NCBI GenBank assembly: GCA_040753615.1
Contig: JBFMDO010000077.1
Location: forward strand, 418-64,417
DNA length: 64,000 bases
Origin: Nitrospirota bacterium
Lineage (GTDB): Bacteria > Nitrospirota > Thermodesulfovibrionia > Thermodesulfovibrionales > SM23-35
Direction of reading: 5' to 3'
In this document: positions 17,660 through 28,008 of the stretch, in pieces
How the letters are laid out: every line of letters begins with the position of its first letter
Position numbering within the stretch: position 1 is the stretch's first letter
Made by a program: the position numbers and the translations under genes
The notes under the pieces: generated by a model
The model's database searches: none
What the model saw: the letters and a program-made list of their open reading frames with translations, nothing else
What the model was told of the DNA's origin: nothing

Positions 17660-18726
17660 GGAAAAGTTTTTCCTGTAATCAATCTTATGATGTCATTATA
17701 TAGTGCAAATGCCATAATAGTGAGTATGAGGGCAAGTCCTATCCTCTGGCTGACTGCGATGAATTTTTCATTTAATGGTTTTCTTCTTATTGCCTCGATC
17801 CCGAGAAACAATATATGGCCGCCGTCGAGAATCGGGATGGGAAGCAGATTGAGTACGCCAATGTTAATACTTATAATAGCCATAAACAAGAAAAAATTCA
17901 TAAGACCCCTCGATGCCTGTTCTCCTGCCATCTGTACAATAAGTATGGGACCTCCTATAGTGTCTGCTGGTATAACCCTCTGGATAAGTTTAATAACAGA
18001 TACGACTGTTAATACTGTTATATCCCATGTTCTGATAATGCTACCTTTTAATGCAGCGATAAAACCTTCCTTTTTTATGAAGGTATTCTCAGAAGGCTTT
18101 ATTCCAATAAGCCCAATCTCTTTTTCATCCCCGAAAATATTTTTTATCTTCATCTTCTCAGGCGTTATTATCTTTGTGAAAATATTACCATCTCTTTCTA
18201 TCCTGAAATTGAGCGACTTACCAGGATTGTTATGAATAATTTCTGCCATCTCGTCCCATTGATTTATAGTAGTATCGTCAATCCCTGTAACCTTGTCTCC
18301 CTTTGCAAGACCTGAGAGTGAAGCAGGTGAATTATCCATAACCTCACCCACATCCGGAAGCAATACAGGGACCCCGGCTAAGAAGATAAAGAAAAAGATA
18401 GTAATAGCGAAAACCATGTTAAATAATGGCCCAAAAAATACTATTAAAAATCTCTTCCATACAGGCTGATATTTATATGCCAACCGTTTTTCTTCTTCTT
18501 TTAATTCCTCTCCGGGTTCTTCGCCGAGCATCTTTACATAACCACCGAGAGGTACTGATGAAAGAAGGTATTCGGTATCGCCATATTTTTTCCCAATAAG
18601 TTTTGGCCCAAATCCGAGCGAAAATTTTTTAACCTTAACCCGTGTCAGCTTTGCTAATAAAAAATGACCTAACTCGTGTACGAATATTATTATTCCGAGA
18701 AGGATTATTGCTGATAAAAATGTCAT
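17656..18726 (-). CDS. rseP: RIP metalloprotease RseP
   Basis: HELGH, PDZ domain, NLLPIPILDGG. Confidence 0.96.
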   Translation of the reverse strand: MTFLSAIILLGIIIFVHELGHFLLAKLTRVKVKKFSLGFGPKLIGKKYGDTEYLLSSVPLGGYVKMLGEEPGEELKEEEKRLAYKYQPVWKRFLIVFFGPLFNMVFAITIFFFIFLAGVPVLLPDVGEVMDNSPASLSGLAKGDKVTGIDDTTINQWDEMAEIIHNNPGKSLNFRIERDGNIFTKIITPEKMKIKNIFGDEKEIGLIGIKPSENTFIKKEGFIAALKGSIIRTWDITVLTVVSVIKLIQRVIPADTIGGPILIVQMAGEQASRGLMNFFLFMAIISINIGVLNLLPIPILDGGHILFLGIEAIRRKPLNEKFIAVSQRIGLALILTIMAFALYNDIIRLITGKTFP

Positions 18727-19889
18727 TTTCTAACTCTCCCTATGATTTTTTCTGCCTTTTCTCTTGCCCATCTGTCAGCTTCTATAATAACATCAAGGTC
18801 TGAGTCAGGCATAATAGTGTGTTGGTCCATGATTTTTTTAATTATAACAGGTATTTGAGTAAATCTGATTGTACCTTTAAGAAATGCATCCACTGCAACC
18901 TCATTTGCTGCATTGAGCACAGATGGCATTGTGCCTCCGGTCTCAATGGCTGTATATGCATAAGAGAGACACGGAAAGCTTCTCTTATCAGGCTGTTTGA
19001 ATGTGAGAGCGCCGATTCTATCAAGCTCAAGCCCCTTTATTACATTATTAAGTCTTTCAGGATAAGTAAGTGTGTATGCTATAGGACCCTTCATATCAGG
19101 TAAAGAAAGCTGTGCTATGCACATTCTGTCATTAAACTCTACTAAGGAATGCACAATGCTTTCAGGATGGATGAGAACGTCTATCTTTTGAGGTGGAAGA
19201 CCGAATAAATGATGAGCCTCTATTACCTCGAGCCCCTTATTCATAAGAGTTGCAGAGTCTATTGTTATTTTTTTTCCCATCTTCCATTTCGGATGCTTTA
19301 GTGCTTCCCTCGGTGTAATATTATGCAGTTCACAAATATTCCTGCCGGCAAAAGGCCCGCCTGATGCAGTCAATATAATCCTTCTCACATCTGATTTTCT
19401 GTGCCCCTCTATACACTGGAATATTGCACTATGCTCACTGTCCACAGGAAGAATTTTTACGTTATGCGTTTTTGCTTCTTCAATCATTATCCTTCCTGCC
19501 ATCACGAGTGTCTCTTTGTTTGCAAGACCGATTGTTTTTTTAGCTTGTATGGCTGATAGTGTTGGGACAAGACCTGCGGCACCAACTATTGCAGAGAGAA
19601 CAAAATCAGACGCTGTATAAGCCGCTGCATCCCTAATACCGTCCTGCCCTGATAATATATGAAGAGAAGAATATTTTTTCTCTATTCTTTTTCTTAATTT
19701 CTTTGCAGCATCTTCATTTGCGAGAGCTACAATCTCAGGAGAAAAAGACTTTATCTGTTTTTGGATGAGGTCTATGTTGCTTCCTGCTGTCAGCGCAACA
19801 ACCTTAAAACGATCCCTGTGTTTTGAGATGATATCAAGGGCATTTCTTCCTATTGAACCTGTTGATCCAAGAATCGTTATGCGTTTCAT
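18723..19889 (-). CDS. dxr: 1-deoxy-D-xylulose-5-phosphate reductoisomerase
   Basis: LGSTGSIG, LANKETLV, PVDSEHSAI, KITIDSATLMNKGLE. Confidence 0.97.
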   Translation of the reverse strand: MKRITILGSTGSIGRNALDIISKHRDRFKVVALTAGSNIDLIQKQIKSFSPEIVALANEDAAKKLRKRIEKKYSSLHILSGQDGIRDAAAYTASDFVLSAIVGAAGLVPTLSAIQAKKTIGLANKETLVMAGRIMIEEAKTHNVKILPVDSEHSAIFQCIEGHRKSDVRRIILTASGGPFAGRNICELHNITPREALKHPKWKMGKKITIDSATLMNKGLEVIEAHHLFGLPPQKIDVLIHPESIVHSLVEFNDRMCIAQLSLPDMKGPIAYTLTYPERLNNVIKGLELDRIGALTFKQPDKRSFPCLSYAYTAIETGGTMPSVLNAANEVAVDAFLKGTIRFTQIPVIIKKIMDQHTIMPDSDLDVIIEADRWAREKAEKIIGRVRK

Positions 19890-19959
19890 TTAACCTCTCA
19901 TAATGTCATACAGATGTTGTGAAAATTAGCCCTTTTTATTCATGAATTTTCTCAAATAT

Positions 19960-20090
19960 AGACAGGACATAGTATTTAAGCGGGTTTTTTTGCCGATAGT
20001 CAAATAGACTATATGAAAATAAAGAGGTAAAAGCCTCGCAGTCCCGACTAAAGTCGGGACGAGAATGAGCGAAAATACTATGTCCTGTCT
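19960..20090. mobile_element. 131-bp MITE-like or structured element bounded by a perfect 18-bp inverted repeat, containing hairpin-repeat copy B (20029-20079)
   Basis: AGACAGGACATAGTATTT (19960-19977) and AAATACTATGTCCTGTCT (20073-20090); internal hairpins gtcccgact-aa-agtcgggac and atagtc-aaata-gactat. Confidence 0.55.
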
Positions 20091-20126
20091 GGTAACCATA
20101 GTTTATGAATAATCTGGGCTAAAATC

Positions 20127-20918
20127 CTATTTTATTATCTTCAGTCCCATTAACATCCAGTACAGCACAGGACCTGCAAACAACATGCCGTCAATTTTAT
20201 CTAAAATACCCCCGTGTCCAGGGATTATTATGCCTGAATCCTTAACTCCTGCGTCACGTTTAAACATGGATTCCACAAGATCACCTATTATGGTGACAAA
20301 CCCTATCATTATCCCAATCAGCACCATATATAAGGCAGAAAGCATTGGTAAAATAGTGGTTTTTATAATTACCGCACCTATCAAGCCTCCTATAACCGAA
20401 CCTACAGCACCTGCCACAGTCTTATTAGGACTTACTTCTGGGTAGAGTTTTCTCTTTCCTATACCCTTGCCGAGATAATATGCCGTTGAGTCTGACATCC
20501 ATACCGTAGCATAAAGAAAGACTATCCATTCAGGCCCGAGTTTTCTAATATGCGTCTGGAATGTAAAGAGAACCGGAATATATAGAAGTCCAATAACAGG
20601 TGGTGCGATATCAAAAAGTGAGGAAAGAGGGTCTTTCCTGATCAGAAGCCTCATGACAATTATTGATGTTATAGAAAACACTATAACATCAAAGAGAATA
20701 TCTTTTGAGATATAGGAAACGCCGAGGATAAATACACCGAGGAAAAGACAGATATATTTTAATGCATTTGGAACTTTATACATGGAGTAAAACTCTGATA
20801 AGGCTAATAAAGTTCCGATTATCAGCATGAGGAGGAAACCCCATTGGGGCAGGTACATAATGCTGAAATAAAGAAGAGGGAGAAATATTATAGCAACAAT
20901 TAATCTCTTAAGGTGCAT
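20127..20918 (-). CDS. cdsA: Phosphatidate cytidylyltransferase
   Basis: SPNKTVAG, GDLVESMFKRDAGVKDSG.IIPGHGGILD; probable start at MHLKR. Confidence 0.95.
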   Translation of the reverse strand: MHLKRLIVAIIFLPLLYFSIMYLPQWGFLLMLIIGTLLALSEFYSMYKVPNALKYICLFLGVFILGVSYISKDILFDVIVFSITSIIVMRLLIRKDPLSSLFDIAPPVIGLLYIPVLFTFQTHIRKLGPEWIVFLYATVWMSDSTAYYLGKGIGKRKLYPEVSPNKTVAGAVGSVIGGLIGAVIIKTTILPMLSALYMVLIGIMIGFVTIIGDLVESMFKRDAGVKDSGIIIPGHGGILDKIDGMLFAGPVLYWMLMGLKIIK

Positions 20919-21627
20919 CTGCCCTCGCTGGTATAGCGCCAAATCTACGCTCCCTTTGCTGATAATTCTGTATTGCGAGAAGGAATTCATCTTTTGTGAA
21001 GTCAGGCCAGAGGGTTTCTGTAAAATAAAGTTCTGAATATGCACTCTGCCACAACAGAAAATTGCTAATACGCATCTCTCCGCTCGTTCTTATAATCAAG
21101 TCCGGCGGTGATATGCCGACAGTATCGAGATAGGAATTGAATAAATCTTCTGTAAGCTCATCAGGATTGATACCTGCCTGCAGCAATTTTTTCACAGTTC
21201 TCAGTATCTCGTTTCTCCCGCTATAACTTAATGCTGTAACGAGAGTCATGCCTTTATTCGAGGCAGTACTTTTCTCTGCATCTTTTATAATTTTGTATAT
21301 ATGATCCGGCAGCCTATCTATTTCGCCAATTGCCCTGAAGACAACATCCTTTTTCATCAAACTGTCAAGTTCTTTTTTTAAATAAAGCTCGAGCAGCTTC
21401 ATCAGGGTAGTTACCTCTAAAGAGGGTCTTCGCCAGTTCTCTGTAGAAAAGGCATAAAGAGTTAATGCCTTTAAGCCGATTTCTACTGAAACCTCGATTA
21501 TCTCTTTTGAGCGTTCTGCACCGCGCCTGTGGCCTTCTATCCTGTGTATGCCGCGCAACTCAGCCCATCTTCCGTTCCCATCCATAATAATGCCTATATG
21601 CTTGGGTATGCGACCGCTTAATAACAA
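20908..21627 (-). CDS. uppS: Undecaprenyl diphosphate synthase
   Basis: IIMDGNGRWA, YAFSTENWRR, IRTSGEMRISNFLLWQ. Confidence 0.97.
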   Translation of the reverse strand: MLLSGRIPKHIGIIMDGNGRWAELRGIHRIEGHRRGAERSKEIIEVSVEIGLKALTLYAFSTENWRRPSLEVTTLMKLLELYLKKELDSLMKKDVVFRAIGEIDRLPDHIYKIIKDAEKSTASNKGMTLVTALSYSGRNEILRTVKKLLQAGINPDELTEDLFNSYLDTVGISPPDLIIRTSGEMRISNFLLWQSAYSELYFTETLWPDFTKDEFLLAIQNYQQRERRFGAIPARADAP

Positions 21628-21630
21628 TTC

Positions 21631-23376
21631 TTATCCTCCGCTCTCCTTAATTGGCTGTACATAAAGCACTGATCTTATTAGACTTTTACCTTTCAGGATA
21701 TTCCCGAAATTAGAACCAAATTTAGGTTTTACAAGGATCATTATTTTATCTCCGGAAATCAGATAATCGCGGAAAGAACCGTCTATCTCGTCTATAAGAA
21801 TATTTTCTTCCATTGAAAGCCCGTTCCATCGCAGGGTTCTAATCTGATAACTTTTATAACCAAGCCCCTTTACCATCTCAAGAAAGGGGATCCTTTTAAC
21901 AAAAAAAATGTCTTTGTCTATAAGAAAAAATCTATCTTTAATCGCCCATTCACCACGTTCTACCATTATTGAAGGTGCAGATTTTGTAAATGTTGCTGGG
22001 GAACCTCCTGTAGCGGCGTTACTTTTCCAAAGCCTTGTATTTTTATCGTCATATAAATTTAAGAACCCCTTTTCATCATAAGCAAGCATTAATTTTTCTG
22101 ATGGGGAGGCATCAATATATATAAAATCATATATATTAACATTCGCAGGAAGTTTTATCTCCTTTCCGTTCTTGTATTCTCCTTCGAAAATAAACTCGAA
22201 GACAGCACCTTTAAAACCTTCAGAATGTGAATATGCCTGAGCTATAAGTTTGTCTTCTATTTTTCTCAGGAAGATATCTCCTTTATAAAGGAGAATAAAT
22301 TCGGTACCGCTGAGTTCATAAATGTAAGAGATAACTTCTTCATGTTTCATCGAAGTTATAATTATCTCATTTCTTCCATTGCTGTTGAGATCAATTGAAT
22401 CAAGCCATAGGTGATTATCCATATTGGTCCCATCTATTTTAATCCCTCCCAGCGCAGGCTGCGGATCTGCACTTGATGTATATATTCTGATATCTTTTCC
22501 TGTGCTGAAAATAAGCTCTTCTTTTCCGTCTCCGTCAATATCACCTGTTGTTATAAGCCTTGCATTGAATGGAAGACCAACGTTTAAACGCGTATCCTCT
22601 TTGTCTAAAGAAAAGAATTCTTCACCAAATTTTAAATTCTTTTTAAAGGCGGTCTCAATATTTGAGCTCATTTCGTGAAACTTGCAACCATCAGATACCC
22701 AGAAAAGACGTTGAGTAATAACTGCTTCTGAACCAACAGAGCCATCTGTTAGAAAAAGCGCTACTTCTGCGCCGAGTCTCTTTGCCTCAATAATAATTTT
22801 TGCAGGGTCGTCTGTTTCAATTCCTGTATCAATCAGGTTAAATCTATCGTTTTTCTTGAGGTTTCTATAATATGAGTCTGCTAAATTCCAGTCTGTATCT
22901 TTTGATACGCAAAAAAGCATATTTACCTTTGCCTCTGATATCCTGACTTTATCGCCCTCTTTTGCATAACCTTCGATTATTTCACCCGAAGATGATTCCA
23001 TCCCTGTCTCTTTTATCTCGAGCAAGCCAACGAATGACTCCATATTCCCTATAACCTCTTTTGTAACAGGATGTTTAAAGGGCGCAACTTCTCTTACTAT
23101 ATTTAACCGCATCCCCGGTCTTACAGAATCTGTTGTGCCGAGGTCTATTACAGCTTCTCTATCTTTTACCATTATTATTTTGCCTGTCAGAGGTTTGAAG
23201 AACGAGACTGTCTCATCCCTTAATCTATCGAGCGGGTTATCGCCAGCATAAACAGTACGCAGCGCACTGTGAGCAGTGAATAATACAAATATTACAAATA
23301 TAAGCCACAATATAAGTTTTAATCTTGGACTTCTGACTTCTGACTTCTGTTTTCTGTCTTCTGTTCCTCGCCTCAT
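21631..23376 (-). CDS. Exported FG-GAP/VCBS-repeat protein with a heptamer-repeat-derived N-terminus
   Basis: GDIDGDGKEEL, DLNSNGRNEI; TM segment after MRRGTEDRKQKSEVRSPR. Confidence 0.75.
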   Translation of the reverse strand: MRRGTEDRKQKSEVRSPRLKLILWLIFVIFVLFTAHSALRTVYAGDNPLDRLRDETVSFFKPLTGKIIMVKDREAVIDLGTTDSVRPGMRLNIVREVAPFKHPVTKEVIGNMESFVGLLEIKETGMESSSGEIIEGYAKEGDKVRISEAKVNMLFCVSKDTDWNLADSYYRNLKKNDRFNLIDTGIETDDPAKIIIEAKRLGAEVALFLTDGSVGSEAVITQRLFWVSDGCKFHEMSSNIETAFKKNLKFGEEFFSLDKEDTRLNVGLPFNARLITTGDIDGDGKEELIFSTGKDIRIYTSSADPQPALGGIKIDGTNMDNHLWLDSIDLNSNGRNEIIITSMKHEEVISYIYELSGTEFILLYKGDIFLRKIEDKLIAQAYSHSEGFKGAVFEFIFEGEYKNGKEIKLPANVNIYDFIYIDASPSEKLMLAYDEKGFLNLYDDKNTRLWKSNAATGGSPATFTKSAPSIMVERGEWAIKDRFFLIDKDIFFVKRIPFLEMVKGLGYKSYQIRTLRWNGLSMEENILIDEIDGSFRDYLISGDKIMILVKPKFGSNFGNILKGKSLIRSVLYVQPIKESGG

Positions 23377-23379
23377 CTA

Positions 23380-24105
23380 TCACACCCCCCTCGACAGCCT
23401 TTCAATAAGTGGACCTGGCAAATGTCTTTTTTTCATTTTTTCCTGCACAGCCTTGATGTTATAAGGGATTCTCACTATTTCTATTTTCTCATCATCAACT
23501 ATCGCGTAGCACGCCCTCGGGTCCCCATCTCTGGGCTGTCCAACACTTCCAGCATTTATTATATAGCGATTAGTCTTTTTAAATCGAGTTGTCTCTTTAT
23601 GTACACCGAGTTCTCCTGATGGAAATCTTTCAATAATAACTGGCTTGTGGCTATGCCCAATGAAGCAGAATCTATTTTCGAAATATTGAAAGTTTAACTC
23701 TGCATCCCAGAGTGTTAAAAGATAGTGCCATTCTTCAGGATTTTTAGGTGTAGAATGAACGAGAAGCATGTCATCGTTTTTAACCTCTTTTTTGACATGG
23801 AAAGATTGAAGTAGCTTAATATTACTTTCTGTAAGAACTTCCTTTGTCCACTCAACAGCATATCTTGCATATTCATTAAAGTATGAGATATCCGTTAATC
23901 CAAGTACGCCCCAGTCATGATTTCCGGCAAGGAGAATTTTGCATCTTTTCACAAGTATATCTATACATTCATTAGGATCAGGACCATATCCTACAGCATC
24001 TCCGATAAAGAAGATTTTTTCTATTTTTCTTTTTTTTATATCATTAAATACAGCTTCAAGGGCATCAAGATTTGAGTGTACATCAGATATCACAGCATAG
24101 TACAT
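23380..24105 (-). CDS. Metallophosphoesterase (YfcE/MJ0936-like)
   Basis: SDVHSN, GDAVGYG, AGNHD, GHSH, NAGSVGQPRDGDPRA. Confidence 0.92.
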   Translation of the reverse strand: MYYAVISDVHSNLDALEAVFNDIKKRKIEKIFFIGDAVGYGPDPNECIDILVKRCKILLAGNHDWGVLGLTDISYFNEYARYAVEWTKEVLTESNIKLLQSFHVKKEVKNDDMLLVHSTPKNPEEWHYLLTLWDAELNFQYFENRFCFIGHSHKPVIIERFPSGELGVHKETTRFKKTNRYIINAGSVGQPRDGDPRACYAIVDDEKIEIVRIPYNIKAVQEKMKKRHLPGPLIERLSRGV

Positions 24106-24515
24106 CAGGCTTTACCTGCCTCTTTTGCGAGACTATCGAGGATGCCATTTATAAATGAGGCAGCCTCTGTGGTTGAGTATTTTTTTGCTATTTCTATAGC
24201 CTCATTTATCGTAACAGCAGAAGGGATATCCTTTCTGTAGAGTATTTCATAAGCTGCGAATCTCAGTATATTTCTATCAACTACAGCCATCCTTTTTAAT
24301 ATCCAATTCTCTGCAACATTTTCGATCATCCTGTCTATATCATCAAGTCTCTCTAAAGTTCCCCTCACAAGCTCCTCTGTAAATTCTTTAAGATCCTTGT
24401 CTTCCCTCTTATTTGACCAGAATTCTTTGAAATTTATGCCTTCAATATCTTTTTCTATAAAATCAGCCTGAAATAACATTTGTAGAGTATATTCTCTTGC
24501 TCTGCGTCGTTTCAT
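24105..24515 (-). CDS. nusB: Transcription antitermination factor NusB
   Basis: RRRAREYTLQMLFQ, VDRNILR, NEAIEIAKKY, FINGILD. Confidence 0.96.
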   Translation of the reverse strand: MKRRRAREYTLQMLFQADFIEKDIEGINFKEFWSNKREDKDLKEFTEELVRGTLERLDDIDRMIENVAENWILKRMAVVDRNILRFAAYEILYRKDIPSAVTINEAIEIAKKYSTTEAASFINGILDSLAKEAGKA

Positions 24516-24583
24516 TATGATAGTTATGATAGTTCTGAGTGAAGCCTCAAGTTGTAAAAAGGATGGTATCTGAACTCAACCCC

Positions 24584-25045
24584 TCATAATTTTTTAAGGA
24601 GTTGCACCATTTCTATAGCTGTTATTGCTGCATCCCATCCTTTGTTCCCACTTTTTGTACCAGCCCTTTCAATAGCCTGCTCGATAGTGTCAGATGTTAT
24701 GATACCAAAAACTACAGGCACACCTGTCTCTAAAGATACAAGTGCAATGCCTTTTGATACCTCTGCAGCAATATATTCAAAATGCGGTGTGGCACCTCTT
24801 ATAATTGTTCCGAGACATATTATTGCATTGTACGTCCCTTTTGCCGCCAGTTTTTTGGCTACAACAGGAATCTCAAAAGAACCAGGGACCTTCACAACAT
24901 CTATGTCATCTTCCTTTGCCCCGTGTCTTAAAAGAGCATCCTTTGCTCCTTCAAGCAGCTTACTTGTAATAAAATCATTAAACCTGCTGAATATAATACC
25001 AAATTTTAAACCTTTAGCCTGAAGCTCACCCTCGATAATTTTCAT
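24584..25045 (-). CDS. ribH: Lumazine synthase
   Basis: [27 protein letters not shown]. Confidence 0.97.
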   Translation of the reverse strand: MKIIEGELQAKGLKFGIIFSRFNDFITSKLLEGAKDALLRHGAKEDDIDVVKVPGSFEIPVVAKKLAAKGTYNAIICLGTIIRGATPHFEYIAAEVSKGIALVSLETGVPVVFGIITSDTIEQAIERAGTKSGNKGWDAAITAIEMVQLLKKL

Positions 25046-25058
25046 AAAACCTCCCTAT

Positions 25059-26282
25059 TTATACATTATCCAGCATATGCCCGAGTTTTTTCTTTTTGGT
25101 CTTTAGATAGATAATATTCCTCTCATGTGGTTTAGTCTCTATGGGCACCCTCTCTACCACTTTAAGACCATATCCTTCCAATCCAACAATTTTTTTAGGA
25201 TTGTTGGTCATAAGTCTCATTTTTCTTATTCCAAGGTCTACGAGTATCTGTGCTCCTATACCATAGTCCCTGAGGTCAGGCTTAAACCCGAGTTTTATAT
25301 TAGCTTCTACTGTATCAAGCCCTTTGTCCTGAAGTTCATATGCTTTGAGTTTATTCAGCAGGCCAATCCCTCTGCCTTCTTGTTTCATATAAAGGATGAC
25401 CCCCTTGCCTTCTTTTTTTATCATCTCCATTGCCTTATGCAACTGGTCGCCACAATCACATCTTGCTGAACCAAAAACATCCCCTGTAAGACATTGAGAA
25501 TGAACCCTCACCAGAATCTCCTCGTCAGGCTTTATTTTACCCTTCACAAGGGCAAGGTGTACATTATTATCTATATCGTTTGCATATGCTATTGCAGTAA
25601 ACTCGCCTCCGAAGTTGGTTGGTAATTTTACAGTTGCAATCCGTTTTACAAATAATTCTGTCCTCATCCTGTATTTGATAAGGTCCTTTATTGTGACTAT
25701 CTTAAGGTTATGTTTTTTTGAAAACTCCATAAGTTCTGGAACCCTTGCCATTGTTCCGTCATCACTCATTATTTCACAGATAACACCTGCGGGATAGAGC
25801 TTTGCAAGTCTTATCAGATCAACAGAGCCTTCTGTCTGTCCAGCCCGCTGCAGAACCCCTCCTGGTTTTGCTCTTAAGGGAAAAACATGTCCGGGTCTTA
25901 CAAGGTCTTCAGGCTGGGTTTTTGGATCAATAGCAGTCAATATAGTTCTTGCTCTATCTGCTGCAGAGATGCCTGTTGTAACCCCTTTTTTTGCCTCTAT
26001 CGAGACTGTAAAGGCAGTGCCAAAAGGCGAGGTGTTATCGTCTGTCATCATCGGAAGTTTTAATTCTTCCACCCGCTCGGGCATAAGCGAAAGACAGATA
26101 AGCCCCCTTCCATATTTTGCCATAAAATTAATTGCTTCTGGTGTTGCCTTTTCTGCTGCCATGCAGAGGTCGCCTTCGTTTTCTCTATCTTCATCATCAA
26201 CGAGAACAACCATTTTGCCTTTTGCTATATCCTCTATGGCTTCATCAATTGTATTAAATTTAAACTTTTCCATGCTAAACAT
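25059..26282 (-). CDS. ribBA: Bifunctional DHBP synthase / GTP cyclohydrolase II
   Basis: [38 protein letters not shown]. Confidence 0.97.
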   Translation of the reverse strand: MFSMEKFKFNTIDEAIEDIAKGKMVVLVDDEDRENEGDLCMAAEKATPEAINFMAKYGRGLICLSLMPERVEELKLPMMTDDNTSPFGTAFTVSIEAKKGVTTGISAADRARTILTAIDPKTQPEDLVRPGHVFPLRAKPGGVLQRAGQTEGSVDLIRLAKLYPAGVICEIMSDDGTMARVPELMEFSKKHNLKIVTIKDLIKYRMRTELFVKRIATVKLPTNFGGEFTAIAYANDIDNNVHLALVKGKIKPDEEILVRVHSQCLTGDVFGSARCDCGDQLHKAMEMIKKEGKGVILYMKQEGRGIGLLNKLKAYELQDKGLDTVEANIKLGFKPDLRDYGIGAQILVDLGIRKMRLMTNNPKKIVGLEGYGLKVVERVPIETKPHERNIIYLKTKKKKLGHMLDNV

Positions 26283-26916
26283 ACCCTTCTTCTATCAAAG
26301 TTTTCATAAGTCTTAAATCTTTACTGCTTTCTTTATTCAAAAATTTTGCAACATACTTGCCCAGTACATCTGCCTCAATATTTACTGTATCCCCTATGCC
26401 TTTTAAACCAATTGTGGTTAGTTTTGCAGTATGCGGAATTACCACGACTGTAAACCCCTTTTTAAGTATATCAACAACTGTAAGGCTTATTCCATCTACA
26501 GCAACCGAGCCTTTTTCAACAAGAAAGTGCATTATGTTAGCAGGCGACTCAATTTCTATTTTAATTGTATCTCCAATGTTTACCTTTGAACAAATTTTTC
26601 CGACTCCATCAATATGGCCTGTTACAAAATGTCCCCCTATCTTTGAGACAGGACTTAATGATGGTTCAAGATTAACCCTGTCACCTATTTTAAGACTGCC
26701 GAGATTTGTACTATGAAGAGTTTCATGAGAAAGATCAAAAAAAAGTATGCTATTGTTTTTTTCTGTAACAGTTAAACATACGCCGTTTACAGAGATACTG
26801 TCTCCCTTTTTTGCATCAGAGGCTATTTCATTTGATTTAAGCGAAATAGTTATACCTCCATTACGCTTCTTAACCGATACGATTTCACCCATCTCGAGTA
26901 CCAGACCTGTAAACAA
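26275..26916 (-). CDS. ribE: Riboflavin synthase
   Basis: TTG start giving MFTGLV; [29 protein letters not shown]. Confidence 0.96.
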   Translation of the reverse strand: MFTGLVLEMGEIVSVKKRNGGITISLKSNEIASDAKKGDSISVNGVCLTVTEKNNSILFFDLSHETLHSTNLGSLKIGDRVNLEPSLSPVSKIGGHFVTGHIDGVGKICSKVNIGDTIKIEIESPANIMHFLVEKGSVAVDGISLTVVDILKKGFTVVVIPHTAKLTTIGLKGIGDTVNIEADVLGKYVAKFLNKESSKDLRLMKTLIEEGYV

Positions 26917-26917
26917 G

Positions 26918-27271
26918 CTACCCCTCTTCGTCAATAGAAAAATAAAGTTCTTTTTGGTAAAATCCAAAGATATCCACAGTCTCTGACCATGATACCTGTG
27001 CCCTCGTCAATTTATCTTCCTTCGTAACGTATAAATTCTCTCTCTCAAAGGGCAGTTTGATCTCTTGAGCCTTCTCAAAAAGCTGTGCTTTTGTCTTTTC
27101 GCTATCCCAAACACTGATCCTGACCAATTCTTCTGTGTATGATTTAAAGGCTGAATATCTGTAATATGGCATTGCGAACTTTATTCCTACATAAACAGTA
27201 AATCCAATCACCAGCGCGAAAAATAGGAACTTTATGAATCCTTCCCCTTTTTCGTTGTTAAGTACTCTCAT
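26918..27271 (-). CDS. Small membrane-anchored hypothetical protein with a pilin-like N-terminus
   Basis: MRVLNNEKGEG followed by a hydrophobic helix; overlaps the lepB stop. Confidence 0.65.
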   Translation of the reverse strand: MRVLNNEKGEGFIKFLFFALVIGFTVYVGIKFAMPYYRYSAFKSYTEELVRISVWDSEKTKAQLFEKAQEIKLPFERENLYVTKEDKLTRAQVSWSETVDIFGFYQKELYFSIDEEG

Positions 27272-27879
27272 TTTATCAACTTCCCTATTCTGTTTAATCT
27301 CAGCCAACTATGAGTATCCCAAGACCAGTAAATAATAAATGCCTTGCCCTTTATATCTTTTTTAATATCAACAAACCCCCAAAAGCGGCTATCATGGCTA
27401 CTATCACGGTTGTCCCCCATAACAAAAATCTTGCCTTTAGGCACGGTTATCGGCCCGAAGTTATCTCTCAGATCATCCTCCCCAGATCTGATATTGCTAT
27501 CAACATGTTGTGCATAAGGTTCTATGACTGCCTTACCATTAACATAAACTCTCTTGTCTCTCGACTCTATCATATCATTTTCAACAGCAACAGCCCTTTT
27601 TATAAAATCTTTTTCAGGATCCGCCGGGTATTTAAAAACTATTATATCCCCTCTTTCGGGTTTTTTGAATACCAAAATCTTCTCATCAGAAAATGGGAGT
27701 TTTATTCCGTATATGAATTTATTAACAAGTATATGGTCACCAATAAGCAGTGTCGGAATCATAGACCCCGATGGTATCTTAAATGCCTGTATAACATATG
27801 CCCTTATGACAAGGGCAAGGATTAAAGCTACTATTATAGCCTCTGCATATTCCTTTATCAGCCTTTTTCTATCTTTCAT
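27268..27879 (-). CDS. lepB: Signal peptidase I
   Basis: IPSGSMIPTLLIGD, FIKR, MGDNRDSSHDSRFWG. Confidence 0.96.
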   Translation of the reverse strand: MKDRKRLIKEYAEAIIVALILALVIRAYVIQAFKIPSGSMIPTLLIGDHILVNKFIYGIKLPFSDEKILVFKKPERGDIIVFKYPADPEKDFIKRAVAVENDMIESRDKRVYVNGKAVIEPYAQHVDSNIRSGEDDLRDNFGPITVPKGKIFVMGDNRDSSHDSRFWGFVDIKKDIKGKAFIIYWSWDTHSWLRLNRIGKLIK

Positions 27880-28008
27880 TCATAACCTCCAAATACGATA
27901 AATGGGAATCTTTATAGTATAACCTAGATTATCCACAAAAATGGGGATAGATAGTAACATGGGTTCAGACCTTATTGTTTGTTTTATCTGAAGTAAAAGC
28001 CGGATTAT

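Noticed and set aside
26916-27900. FMN riboswitch for the rib genes
   Set aside because: ribE is packed directly behind upstream ORFs, and no RFN consensus is visible before lepB.
27929-27937. Perfect DnaA box TTATCCACA upstream of lepB
   Set aside because: Single copy, with no cluster or adjacent dnaA/dnaN; not evidence of an origin.
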